A stretch of DNA of 64,000 nt from Candidatus Hydrogenedentes bacterium UBA2224 (GCA_002348185.1 DDYW01000181.1:77531-141530); one strand, 5' to 3'. Shown: positions 17,442-27,118, counted from the first letter of the stretch. A program made the numbers and translations. The notes: generated by a model not told the origin, from the letters alone.

Positions 17442-19751
17442 TCATTCCGCCGCTTTGCCCGTTTCAGGCGGTTCGACGGGCAGGCCCAGGGCAATCCGGG
17501 CAAGTTTCAGGGCGCCGTTCTTTCCGTGTTCGCCGACCTCGAGCGCCGGTCCCACGCAACTCGGACAGCCCTCCGTGCACCCGCAGCCCGCAATCAGCGA
17601 CGCCGCCGCCTCAAGCAGTGCTTTGTGGTGCGTAAAGAGTTTATCGCTGAAGCCCACCCCGCCGGGATAGATCTCGTAGAGAAAGATTGTCGGACACTGG
17701 GTAAACGGCGCGCGCAGCATGGCCTCCGCCCGGATATCGTTAACGTCGCACATGACCTGAACCGGCGCGACCTGCCGCAACGTGTTGGCGAGCCCGCTCA
17801 GGGCCTGGGAGAGCTGATTCTGCTCCAATCCGAGCCGCTGGTCGACCTCCTCCGCGAATTCGAGCCAGTAGGACGACGTATGCATGGTGGATTCAGGCAG
17901 TTTGATCTCCCCCCAGCCCACGTTCTCATGCGTGCCGAACTTGATCTTCTTGTAGATGGACGGCAGCCACGTCACGCTCACCTCACCGCAGTATTTCGCC
18001 ACTTCGCCGATGGTCTCCTGACGGAAGGTGTTGATCGTCTTCAGATCGACCTTGATCTGCGCATCCGTGTAATAGTCGGTCTCCACCGGCCGCACGTATG
18101 CCTTGCGGTCCTCGAGATCCAGCATATCCACGGTGTATTGGGCGCTCTGATGGATGTAAATCGCGTTTTCATGCAGTTCCACCGGAGCGGCGAACAGGTC
18201 CACCTCGCCGATTACCCGGCCATTCTCCGACGTGTCGAGGATCACCACGTTGCCCGGCGCGGCGGTGCGCAGGCTGATGTCCTCGGCCGGATACGCATCC
18301 GCGCTCCAGTGCCATTTGTCCTTCACGCGCCGCAGCACATGCTGTTCCGCCAGGTAATCGAGCATTTCCCCGGTGGAGACCGGGTCCAGCCCGAACGCCT
18401 CCCCTTTCGCAAAGGGAATCTCGAAGGCCGCGCACTTCATGTGACTCGCCACGATAATCAGGTTGTTCGGGTCCACGGTCGCGTTTTCGGGCGGCTGCCC
18501 GAAAAAGTAGTCGGGATGATTGATGATGTACTGGTCCAGGGGCGCGCTGGAGGCGATCAACACGACGAGCGACACCGACGACCGGCGGCCGGCGCGTCCC
18601 GCCTGTTGCCAGGTGCTGGCCACGCTGCCGGAATAGCCGGTCATGATGCAGGCGTCGAGCGAGCCGATGTCGATCCCGAGTTCCAGCGCATTGGTGCTCA
18701 CCACGCTCATGATGTCGCCGTCGCGAAGGCCCCGCTCGATGTCCCGGCGTTCATTCGGCAGATAGCCGCCCCGGTATCCGCGCACCAGGTGTTCGCTTTT
18801 GCCCGCCTTACGCACGGCCTCCTTGAGATACGTGGCGATGATCTCGACGCGCAGCCGGCTCCGGGCAAAGATGATCGATTGCACATTCCGCGTCAGGAAA
18901 TGACGCGCCAGCCGCACCGCCTCCTTCACGGACGAGCGCCGGATGCCCAGTTCCGCATTCACCACGGGCGGATTATAGAAGAGGAAATGGCGCTCGCCCT
19001 GCGGCGCGCCGTTGTTGTCGATCAGCCGGACCGGTCGTTCCACGACGCGTTCCGCCATCTCCTGGGGGTTCCGGATCGTCGCGCTGCAGCAGATGAACTG
19101 GGGATTGCTGCCATAAAACGCACAAATGCGTGTCAGCCGGCGCAACACATTGGCCAGATGGCTGCCGAACACGCCCCGGTAGTGATGCAACTCGTCGATC
19201 ACCACGTACCGCAGGTTCTCAAAAAGACGGAGCCACTTGGTATGGTGCGGCAGAATCCCGGTGTGCAGCATGTCCGGATTCGTCACGACAATATGCCCTG
19301 CCTGACGCACCGCTTTCCGTGCCGACCCCGGCGTGTCGCCGTCAAAGGTGTAGGTGCCGATCTTGACCTCGAGGTCTTCAATGGTGTCCTGCAGTTCGTG
19401 CACCTGATCCTGTGAAAGCGCCTTGGTCGGAAAGATGTACAGAGCCCGGGCCTCAGGATCCTGCAACAGCGTGTTCAGGACGGGCACGTTGTAGCACAGC
19501 GTCTTGCCCGAAGCCGTTGGGGTCACTACGCAGACATTCTCCCCGGCAAGAATCGCCTCGATCGCTTCCCGTTGATGGGTGTACAGACTCTGCACGCCCC
19601 GTCTCTGAAGGCCCTGAACCAGTCTCGCATCCAATGCCTCGGGAAATCCCGCGCACCTCGCCGGCTGGGCTGGAACAGTGCGCCACGCGGTCAGATTCCG
19701 CGTAAAATCGGAGTCCGACCGAAGCCGGTCAATGGTCTGTGCAACATTCAT
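17442..19751 (-). CDS. DEAD/DEAH-box helicase with C-terminal DUF1998 (YprA/MrfA-like)
   Basis: The Q-motif YTHQ, Walker A VVTPTASGKT, motif II DELH and helicase C QQAGRAGRR are present. The C-terminal DUF1998 has the four-Cys cluster CGCTEGCPSC. Confidence 0.85.
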   Translation of the reverse strand: MNVAQTIDRLRSDSDFTRNLTAWRTVPAQPARCAGFPEALDARLVQGLQRRGVQSLYTHQREAIEAILAGENVCVVTPTASGKTLCYNVPVLNTLLQDPEARALYIFPTKALSQDQVHELQDTIEDLEVKIGTYTFDGDTPGSARKAVRQAGHIVVTNPDMLHTGILPHHTKWLRLFENLRYVVIDELHHYRGVFGSHLANVLRRLTRICAFYGSNPQFICCSATIRNPQEMAERVVERPVRLIDNNGAPQGERHFLFYNPPVVNAELGIRRSSVKEAVRLARHFLTRNVQSIIFARSRLRVEIIATYLKEAVRKAGKSEHLVRGYRGGYLPNERRDIERGLRDGDIMSVVSTNALELGIDIGSLDACIMTGYSGSVASTWQQAGRAGRRSSVSLVVLIASSAPLDQYIINHPDYFFGQPPENATVDPNNLIIVASHMKCAAFEIPFAKGEAFGLDPVSTGEMLDYLAEQHVLRRVKDKWHWSADAYPAEDISLRTAAPGNVVILDTSENGRVIGEVDLFAAPVELHENAIYIHQSAQYTVDMLDLEDRKAYVRPVETDYYTDAQIKVDLKTINTFRQETIGEVAKYCGEVSVTWLPSIYKKIKFGTHENVGWGEIKLPESTMHTSSYWLEFAEEVDQRLGLEQNQLSQALSGLANTLRQVAPVQVMCDVNDIRAEAMLRAPFTQCPTIFLYEIYPGGVGFSDKLFTHHKALLEAAASLIAGCGCTEGCPSCVGPALEVGEHGKNGALKLARIALGLPVEPPETGKAAE

Positions 19752-19867
19752 GGCAGCGGGTGCGGTCTCCCATTTTCTTCATCACAAGGCATCTGAATAT
19801 TACATCAGTATTTCGCCCATTGCAAGACACACGCGGAACGCCAAAAACGGCCACCCGAAAGCACAAG

Positions 19868-19902
19868 GCCCGGTCGGCATCAGCCCGACCGGGCCCTTTT
19901 CA
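19868..19902. terminator. GC-rich hairpin with flanking T-runs (intrinsic-terminator-like) between the small lipoprotein gene and the helicase gene
   Basis: The hairpin is GGCCCGGTCGG-CATCAG-CCGACCGGGCC, a perfect 11-bp stem, followed by CTTTT on + and preceded by A-rich sequence, which reads as a T-run on -. Confidence 0.5.
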
Positions 19903-19949
19903 GAAAAACAACCAACGTCGCCGGACCCCGCAAAATCCGGCTACGATCA

Positions 19950-20093
19950 TCAACCTTCCGCGCCAGGAGCCGGCGTGTCCGTCGGAGCATTTGCGGGCGC
20001 CGCGGGAGCATCCGCCGACTTCGAGCAACCCGCCACGAACACCGACCCGAAAACCATCGTGACCGCAAGGAGCGCCAGCAATACCCGTTTCAT
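19950..20093 (-). CDS. small lipoprotein (about 47 aa mature-length class)
   Basis: MKRVLLALLAVTMVFGSVFVAGCSKSADAPAAPANAPTDTPAPGAEG has a signal peptide and a lipobox (VAGC). It sits between a terminator and the trkH 3' end. Because it is short, its reality is uncertain. Confidence 0.4.
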   Translation of the reverse strand: MKRVLLALLAVTMVFGSVFVAGCSKSADAPAAPANAPTDTPAPGAEG

Positions 20094-20358
20094 TTTCTTC
20101 TCCTCCACTGTTTGTGTTGGCGCCAAGGCTGCGACACCCGCCGCCTCCCCCGCCAAACTGTTCCAATTCAAGACGCACGTGCTCTCGTTCGAGCACCCAA
20201 CAATTGAGAATACTACGCTTACGTTTAATAGTCAAAAGTTTCTTTTCGACATAAAACGCTGCGGAATTCCCCTCTGTCCACGCTTCCCGGGGCACCGGCG
20301 GGGAGTCGATGACCCCAGGAGCCCGTTCGGGGCCGCGCCGAATCCGCGGCACCTTCCC

Positions 20359-21867
20359 TTACGCCCGTCGCCAGAAGGAGGGAACAAAGAGCACCATGAT
20401 GCTGAACAGCTCCAGGCGGCCGAGCACCATGCAGAGCGACAAAAACAACTTGCCCGCGGTGGGCACAAGGGAAAAGTTCTCGACCGCGCCTACAGCGCCA
20501 AGCCCGGGGCCGATGTTGTTCAGCGTGGCGGCGACCGACGTCACGGCGGTCTGAAACGGCAGGCCCAGCAGCGACATGAACAGACTGCCCACCATGAACC
20601 ACATAAGATACAGCACAAAAAAACTGTACACGGTCCGCTGCACCCCGTCATCCACGACATGCCCGCTGATACGCACAACACGCACCATCTTGGGGCGGAA
20701 TGTCTGTTCGAGGCGGGCGTAGGCCATCTTGAGGAGAATCAGCACGCGCACGACCTTGAGTCCACCGCCGGTCGAGCCGGCGCATCCTCCCACAAACATC
20801 AGAACCACGAGGAGCATCCGTGAAAAGTTGGGCCAGGTATTGAAATCGACCGTGCAGAATCCCGTTGTGGTCATGACGGATACCACGTTGAACGAAGCAT
20901 GGCGCAAGGCCTCTCCCGCGGAGAGGAACAAGGTCTTTTCCTGGGCCGGGAGCGGCGAATCGCCCACGGGAAATGCGCCCTCAAAACCCATGAGATTCAC
21001 GGTAATAGCCAATGTGCAGCCCACAAGAATGGCCAGATAAACACGCCATTCAGTGTCCTTGAAAACCGCTTTCCAGTTCCCCCCCAGCAGGCTGAAATAG
21101 AGCGCGAAATTGGAACCCGCACAGATCATAAAGAGAATAATGACGATCTCGATTGCCACATTCTCATACGCACCAACGCTCGCTGCCTGCGTCGAAAACC
21201 CGCCCGTGGCCAGCGTGCCAAACGTGTGGCACAGGGCGTCAAACAGGCTCATGCCGCACAGCATTAAGGCTACGGTCTGGGCAATCGTCAAGCCGAAATA
21301 GATCTTGTAAAGAACCGAGGCCGTGTCCTTGATCCGCGGCTTCAAGCCGCGCGGATCCGGTCCGGGGGACTCCGACTTAAACAGTTGCTTTCCACCCGCC
21401 CCCAGATAAGGCAGAACGGCAATGAACAGCACGACAATCCCCATGCCGCCAAGCCAATGGGTGAACGACCGCCAGAACATGATGCACTTCGGCGTCGTCG
21501 CGAAACACTCCGCCGTCATCACACTGGAGCCAGTGGTCGTGAAGCCCGACATACACTCAAAATACGCGTCCACCGGGTTGCTGAACACCCCGCTGAACAG
21601 ATACGGCAAGCCGCCCAGAGCGGCCAGGAAAATCCACGAAAGGCCCACCAGACCCAGACCCTCACGCTGGTGAAACTCGGACGGCGCGTTCCGCCCGGCC
21701 AGCGTCAGGAGGTATCCCGTCACGCAGGAAACGGCCGCGCTCCCCAGCAGGGCCCCCAGCCCTCCCCATTCACGATACACCGCCGCCCACAGCGCCGACG
21801 GCAGCATGAGCAGACCGATGGCGAAGGAGAAATGCCCGAGGTACTTCGTTACGAGCCGGTAATTCAT
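20359..21867 (-). CDS. trkH: TrkH/KtrB-family potassium uptake permease
   Basis: At 502 aa it has repeated M1-P-M2 units with selectivity-filter-like GFTTTGSS, GFSTQ and TTTGF motifs. Confidence 0.9.
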   Translation of the reverse strand: MNYRLVTKYLGHFSFAIGLLMLPSALWAAVYREWGGLGALLGSAAVSCVTGYLLTLAGRNAPSEFHQREGLGLVGLSWIFLAALGGLPYLFSGVFSNPVDAYFECMSGFTTTGSSVMTAECFATTPKCIMFWRSFTHWLGGMGIVVLFIAVLPYLGAGGKQLFKSESPGPDPRGLKPRIKDTASVLYKIYFGLTIAQTVALMLCGMSLFDALCHTFGTLATGGFSTQAASVGAYENVAIEIVIILFMICAGSNFALYFSLLGGNWKAVFKDTEWRVYLAILVGCTLAITVNLMGFEGAFPVGDSPLPAQEKTLFLSAGEALRHASFNVVSVMTTTGFCTVDFNTWPNFSRMLLVVLMFVGGCAGSTGGGLKVVRVLILLKMAYARLEQTFRPKMVRVVRISGHVVDDGVQRTVYSFFVLYLMWFMVGSLFMSLLGLPFQTAVTSVAATLNNIGPGLGAVGAVENFSLVPTAGKLFLSLCMVLGRLELFSIMVLFVPSFWRRA

Positions 21868-23216
21868 CGTTTTCTGAAAAGTTTAAGCACGCCGTCCAGG
21901 GCATCCGGAGCGGCGATCATGATGATCGAGTCCCCCGCCTGGATCTCATCGTCACCCCGAGGCACGATGACCTCTTCTCCACGGATAATCGTCCCCACGA
22001 GTGCGCCGCGATACCCCCGACGCGACTCGAAAACCTCTTTCAGGGTCTTGCCGATGATCGGCGCCTCGCCGTCCACAACGAATTCGACGATTTCCACCTG
22101 GCCTTCTTCCAGCACAGCGATGGACTGCACCTTGTCCTGGTGAACCAGTTTCAGCACGCGGTTCGCCAGGCTGGCGCGGGGCGTCACCACGTGGTCGATG
22201 CCCAGCTTGCCGACCAGCGACGCGAAATCAGGTTCGTGCACGACGGCGATCGCCCGCGTGGCGCCGATCTCCTTCGCCAACACCCCGGCCATGATATTCA
22301 CCTCATCGTCGTCGGTCGTAGCAATAAACACGTCCGCATCTTCGATATGCTCTTCCTCGAGCTCGGTCCGGCTGGCGCCGTTCCGGCAAACCACCGTGGC
22401 ACGGTTCAGTTTCGTCGCCAGTTGATTGCATTTTTCCACATTCCAGTCCAGGAGCTTCACGGTGTATTTGCCTCGCTCCAGCATCTGAGCGAGATGAAGC
22501 CCGATGCGGTCGCCCCCCATGATCACGATGCGGTCCAGGCGCGGTTCGGTGCCGTGAAAAAGCGTTTTCACGGACTCGACCTGTTCCCGGCGGCCAATCA
22601 GCGTGATCAGGTCGCCCGCTTCCACGATGGAATCACCGTGGGGAATCAGCGTGGCGCCCTTCCGGCTGATCACGCCCAGCAGCACGCCCGGCGGCATATC
22701 GACATCGCGCAGCCGCTTCCCTCCGGTTGTGGGCGATTTTGTCACCCGGATCTGCTGGAGCTGGACCACGCCGCGCCCGAACGTTTCGGAAGCGACAATC
22801 CCCGGATTCTCCACATAGCGCCCGATCTCCAGCGCGGTAAGGGCGTCCGGGCTCAGCAGGTAGTCAATTCCCAGCACGGATTCAAAAAGGATGGTCGACT
22901 CGAGGTACTCCGGATTCTCTACCCGGGCAACCACTTTCTTGGCCATCAGGCCTTTGGCGGTCGCGGCGGCGATGAGGTTCACCTCGTCTGTACCCGTCGC
23001 GGCCACAAAAATGTCCGCGTCCTCCACCCCCGCCTCTTTCAGCATGAGGATGGAGGAAGCGTTGCCGGTTACTGTCCGCACGTCAAGGGCAAAATCCACT
23101 TGTTCGGCACGCGACGGATCTCGCTCGATCACCGTCACGTCGTGATTCTCTATGGCGAGCAGACGGGCCAGGTGAAAGCCAACGCGCCCGCCGCCTGCAA
23201 TGCATATGTTCATCAC
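21864..23216 (-). CDS. trkA: Trk system potassium uptake protein TrkA (2x RCK-N/NAD-binding + 2x TrkA-C)
   Basis: There are two GxGxxG Rossmann motifs, IAGGGRVG and IMGGDRIG. Length is 450 aa. It overlaps trkH by 4 nt (translational coupling). Confidence 0.9.
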   Translation of the reverse strand: MMNICIAGGGRVGFHLARLLAIENHDVTVIERDPSRAEQVDFALDVRTVTGNASSILMLKEAGVEDADIFVAATGTDEVNLIAAATAKGLMAKKVVARVENPEYLESTILFESVLGIDYLLSPDALTALEIGRYVENPGIVASETFGRGVVQLQQIRVTKSPTTGGKRLRDVDMPPGVLLGVISRKGATLIPHGDSIVEAGDLITLIGRREQVESVKTLFHGTEPRLDRIVIMGGDRIGLHLAQMLERGKYTVKLLDWNVEKCNQLATKLNRATVVCRNGASRTELEEEHIEDADVFIATTDDDEVNIMAGVLAKEIGATRAIAVVHEPDFASLVGKLGIDHVVTPRASLANRVLKLVHQDKVQSIAVLEEGQVEIVEFVVDGEAPIIGKTLKEVFESRRGYRGALVGTIIRGEEVIVPRGDDEIQAGDSIIMIAAPDALDGVLKLFRKR

Positions 23217-23334
23217 ACTTTCCCAATCTGTTCCGCCCCCTGCGAAACAGAAATCATCCTATAATTCTGCGACAGGAGTCAACAAGCTCCCCACCGGCAA
23301 CAGCACATTGTCCCGCCGGTGCGGGTCCGCGCGT

Positions 23335-24435
23335 TCAGATGATCTCGCACTCCAGACGGTTGCCCCCAAAACGCTTCGCACGGTACAAGGCCCGGTCGGC
23401 CGAGGCGATCAGCGAGGCCGCCTCAAGTTCGGGGCCGCCGACAACGCTTGAAACGCCCAAACTGATTGTCAGGCACGGGCCCGTGCTGGACCGTTCGTGC
23501 GGGATATGCAGGCGCTCGATCATCGAACGCAACCGTTCGGCGACTCCGGCGGCGCCGTGCGCGTCCGTGGCGGGCAAGACCGCCGCGAATTCCTCTCCTC
23601 CGTACCGCGCGGCCAGGTCTCCCGCCCGGCACACCGTGGCGCTCACCGCATCGGCCACGCGCCTCAACGCCTCGTCGCCCTGCTGGTGTCCGTACTCGTC
23701 GTTATATGCTTTAAAACAGTCGATATCGATCATCATGAGGGACAGCGCACTCCCGGTCCGCGCCGCCCGGCGCAGTTCCGTGCCCAGCACCTCGTCGAAA
23801 TGCCTGCGGTTCGCCAGATGGGTAAGCGGATCCTCCAGCGTGAGCTTATAGAGCCTTTTTTCCTCCGCGCGCCGCTCCAGGTTCTCGGTGTGCAGCCGGT
23901 GGCCTTCCAGCGTGTTCACGCAATAGATCAGCATGATCGAAATGAGTTTCTGATAGACGTCCGGAATATACCCTTCGTTCGAGATCCCCACGAAAAACCC
24001 CAGGATCCGGCGTTGGGTGCCCAGCGGATGAATGAAGGTGCGTTTTCCGCGCGCCCGTGACGGAACGCTCACGGGCTTGTTCTGCGTAATCGCCCATCCC
24101 ACAAAGTCGTGCTCGATCTGATGCTGGATTTCCTCCGCCAGCAGCGCCTTGTGGGCCTCGGGCAAATACGCGCCGATTTTCCATTCCAGGCCCGTCGGGT
24201 CGAACCAGACCATTCCCAGCGCATGGAAATCAACCAGATTGTGGATTGCAGACAGGGTCACGTCTTCGACGTGCGCCGGATAGGCATCCGCCTCATTGGT
24301 AGCCTGCAACCTCAGGGCCGCGCCAGCCACGATGTCCATCCCGTCAAGAAGCCGGCGATTGGCAAGGCGCGCCTTGTGTTCCTCCGCATTCACGGCCACG
24401 GTCGGGACCGATTCGTCTCCCGCGCCCCGCGTCAT
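23335..24435 (-). CDS. GGDEF-domain diguanylate cyclase with N-terminal GAF-like sensor region
   Basis: It carries RRHFDEVL, MIDIDCFKAYNDEYGHQQGD, the A-site GGEEF and RYGGEEFAAVL. The N-terminal 180 aa is a sensory region. Confidence 0.85.
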   Translation of the reverse strand: MTRGAGDESVPTVAVNAEEHKARLANRRLLDGMDIVAGAALRLQATNEADAYPAHVEDVTLSAIHNLVDFHALGMVWFDPTGLEWKIGAYLPEAHKALLAEEIQHQIEHDFVGWAITQNKPVSVPSRARGKRTFIHPLGTQRRILGFFVGISNEGYIPDVYQKLISIMLIYCVNTLEGHRLHTENLERRAEEKRLYKLTLEDPLTHLANRRHFDEVLGTELRRAARTGSALSLMMIDIDCFKAYNDEYGHQQGDEALRRVADAVSATVCRAGDLAARYGGEEFAAVLPATDAHGAAGVAERLRSMIERLHIPHERSSTGPCLTISLGVSSVVGGPELEAASLIASADRALYRAKRFGGNRLECEII

Positions 24436-25679
24436 GATTCATCCACGCCGAAAATGCTGGCCAGATCGCGCACGTGCGTCTCCCCCTCTTCGATAACAGT
24501 CTGCAGATCATCGGGATTGAGATTCAGATGGTCCCACGCCTCCACAAACATCGGCGGCGCCGCCCGATCGCCGCTGCGCCCGATACACACCGCGTTGGCG
24601 ATCATTTCCGCGACGTGGGCGATGCACACGTCGACGTTCAGATCCCGGCTCGACAGCGGCCCATGGTGGCGGCGCACCGCCTCGCGGTGGCTGGACGGCA
24701 GGTTCCATGATTTCAACAGCGCCTCGCCGACGTCAGCGTGCGTGAAACCGAACATTTCCTTTTCCACATCGCATACCGGCCGGCCCGACTCCGCGGCAGT
24801 GTCCAGGGTCGCGCGCGCCCTTCGGGGAGCTTCCGAAAACATGACCAGACGCCCGACGTCGTGCAACAACCCCATCACGAAACAGCGTTCGGTATTGGCC
24901 CCACCCCGGAATTTGCCGAGCATCCGCGCCACGGACCCGCAGAACAGGCTGTGCAGCCAGAACTGACTCATGTTCACTACGCCGCGCAACGAGCGGTCAA
25001 AGACACTCGTTACCGACGTCGCGAGGGCCAGTTCGCACAGTTCGTTGGTGCCCACGATCGTCGTGGCCCGCGAAACCGTCTCGACCCGGCCCGGAAACCC
25101 ATAAAACGCGCTGTTGACAATCCGCAACAGCCGCGCCGTCAACCCCACGTCCTTGCTGATCACGTTGGCGACGTCCGTGGCCGAACTCAGGGGATGATTC
25201 ACCACCTGGATCAACTCGTGGTACACCATCGGAAGCGAACCGAGCGTGCCGACCGCCTTTACCATCTCCGCGGCCGTCCGTGCCCGCGGTTCTCCCACGA
25301 CGGAAACCACCTCCACTGGAACCGGCGCTTCTTCTTTTCGCTGAGTCATCTCCTCACGAGCAAAGCGATTGGCCACGTGGGAAAGCAGCGCCTCAAAAAA
25401 CGGATGGGGCAGCTGGTCCCGGTTGAGCAAAAAAATGGCCGTCGCGCGTTCCTTCCCGCGTTCCAGCGCCTCTTTCGAGACCGGCACGGCCGGCTTCACA
25501 CTTGCATCATCCTCAGGGCCGCGGATGTGGAGTAAGGTAATGCCCCAAAGCTGGAGCGCGCTGATGTGTTTTTCGGTCAGCACCGTTCCCTCGGGAATGA
25601 GGAGCTGTCCGCGCGGGTTGGTCACATCCCGGCCAAGCACCATGCCGGCCGTGACGTCTCGTCGGCTCATGCGGGGCAT
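24432..25679 (-). CDS. HDOD-domain signalling protein with DUF3391-like N-terminal domain
   Basis: The N-terminus resembles DUF3391 (GMVLGRDV..G.LLIPEGTVLTEKHISALQLWGI..L.I). The HDOD core has LPMVYHELIQVVNHPLSSATDVANVISKDVGLTARLLRIVNSAFYGF and GLLHDVGRLV. Its stop overlaps the GGDEF start by 4 nt. Confidence 0.7.
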   Translation of the reverse strand: MPRMSRRDVTAGMVLGRDVTNPRGQLLIPEGTVLTEKHISALQLWGITLLHIRGPEDDASVKPAVPVSKEALERGKERATAIFLLNRDQLPHPFFEALLSHVANRFAREEMTQRKEEAPVPVEVVSVVGEPRARTAAEMVKAVGTLGSLPMVYHELIQVVNHPLSSATDVANVISKDVGLTARLLRIVNSAFYGFPGRVETVSRATTIVGTNELCELALATSVTSVFDRSLRGVVNMSQFWLHSLFCGSVARMLGKFRGGANTERCFVMGLLHDVGRLVMFSEAPRRARATLDTAAESGRPVCDVEKEMFGFTHADVGEALLKSWNLPSSHREAVRRHHGPLSSRDLNVDVCIAHVAEMIANAVCIGRSGDRAAPPMFVEAWDHLNLNPDDLQTVIEEGETHVRDLASIFGVDES

Positions 25680-26034
25680 ACGAATGCAATTCTCCTTGTT
25701 CGAGATCAGAACAACCGAAAGGATGCGGCCCGGGATCCCCTTCCAGACCTTCGTGCCCCGCAGACTAAGCCACGGCCCATGCCAGCCCCGTTCCCCCAGC
25801 GCCCTGCCACGTACTGACCCCTGCCCAGGCGCCTATGCTCACTGGTTTGAATCGTGAACCCAAGATCCCCATGACGTACAACCGGGGAATACACCCGATC
25901 CTGTGTTATTGTACATTCCGTGACACATTCTCTGCAATGCAACAACTTGCCGTCGATCGCCCCGCCTCCCGGCGCGGCTCGAACAGCGATTTGACATTGC
26001 CCCTCCGCGTTGAGTACTGTATGCCATCTGTTGT

Positions 26035-26112
26035 CGGGGTGTAGCGCAGCCCGGTTAGCGCGCCTCGTTCGGGACGAGGAGGTCGGAGGTTCAAATCCTC
26101 TCACCCCGACCA
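26035..26112 (+). tRNA. tRNA-Pro (anticodon CGG)
   Basis: I folded the cloverleaf by hand. The acceptor is CGGGGTG/CACCCCG. The D-stem is GCGC/GCGC. The anticodon stem is CCTCG/CGAGG with loop TTCGGGA, giving anticodon CGG. The T-arm is GGAGG-TTCAAAT-CCTCT. The discriminator is A and the CCA is encoded. Confidence 0.85.
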
Positions 26113-26125
26113 TTGGACCGATTCA

Positions 26126-26161
26126 CCGCCGTTGGTTTCCACAAGGCCATCGGCGGTTTTT
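26126..26161 (+). terminator. intrinsic terminator downstream of tRNA-Pro
   Basis: The stem CCGCCGTTGG/CCATCGGCGG has one mismatch, the loop is 11 nt, and it is followed by TTTTTG. Confidence 0.5.
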
Positions 26162-26518
26162 GATAGTGCAAGTTGTTTCGTACTAGCGCGATAGCGTTCC
26201 GGGGAAGCGGGCAGTCCTATATCCGGCGAAAGGTGCCGGGCTCGTAGTAGCACGAACGTGCAACCGTCTTCCGGCCGCGTTTTCCGCGGGGACGCCTGCT
26301 TGACAATTGAACTCCGGGAATACAGAATGCTACATGGTGCAGTCAACAGGATTGCATGGCCTGCCAAGGGGAGTCAGCTTCGGGCGCCAGAGCCATCGGT
26401 CTGAATCCTCTGGGGGAAGCGGTCTACGGACGGCGCTCTATTCCCGCTGCGGGTATGAGGCCGGATTCTGGGCCGCGCAAGGGTGGCACTGGTTTTCTCT
26501 TATTGGGTGGTTCGGGTG

Positions 26519-27118
26519 GTGAAATCAGCGGACAACACAAAGAAGCGTTCGCACGAATTCGAGCAGCTTGTTCTCGAACACATGGACATGCTGTACGCGG
26601 TAGCGTTGCGTCTGACCCGCAATCCCGCCGATGCGCAGGATCTCACCCAGAACACCGTAGTCAAGGCGCTCCGTTTCCACGATAAGTTCCAGAAGGGCAC
26701 CTACATAAAGGCCTGGCTCCTGACCATTCTGCGCAATACGTTCATTAATGAATACCGCCGCAAGGCGCGCCGCCCCACCTTCGTCGAGCTGTCCGGCGCG
26801 GAGACTTCCCAGGAGTCCGGGCCGGACCCCGACATCCATTATGAGCCGCCGGACCGCTCGGGCAGGGAGTTGCTGGAACTGCTTGACGACGAGGTGAAAC
26901 ATGCTGTCGAGACCCTTCCCCCTGATTTCCGGCAGGCCGTGATCATGGCGGACCTCGAGGACATGTCCTACAAGGAGATCGCCGAGGCGATGGATTGCCC
27001 CCTGGGCACGGTGATGTCGCGCCTGTACCGCGGACGCAAACTCCTGCGTGAAAGCCTGTATGACTACGCAAAAGACCTGCGCCTCGTCGGTAAGGAAAAG
27101 GGCAAGAAGCAATCCTGA
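26519..27118 (+). CDS. ECF-subfamily RNA polymerase sigma-70 factor
   Basis: Region 2 has DAQDLTQNTVVKALRF and AWLLTILRNTFINEYRR. Region 4 has the HTH SYKEIAEAMDCPLGTVMSRLYRGRKLL. I took GTG 26519 as the likely start; the track ORF starts at 26483. Confidence 0.85.
   Translation: MKSADNTKKRSHEFEQLVLEHMDMLYAVALRLTRNPADAQDLTQNTVVKALRFHDKFQKGTYIKAWLLTILRNTFINEYRRKARRPTFVELSGAETSQESGPDPDIHYEPPDRSGRELLELLDDEVKHAVETLPPDFRQAVIMADLEDMSYKEIAEAMDCPLGTVMSRLYRGRKLLRESLYDYAKDLRLVGKEKGKKQS

Noticed and set aside
17526-19415. 629-aa + strand ORF
   Set aside because: It is antisense to the DEAD/DEAH-DUF1998 helicase, which has Walker A, DELH and HRIGRxGR motifs. The + frame is His/Arg/Gly-rich with no motifs.
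25706-26113. 135-aa minus ORF overlapping tRNA-Pro
   Set aside because: It runs antisense through a well-folded tRNA gene and has no RBS, so it is spurious.
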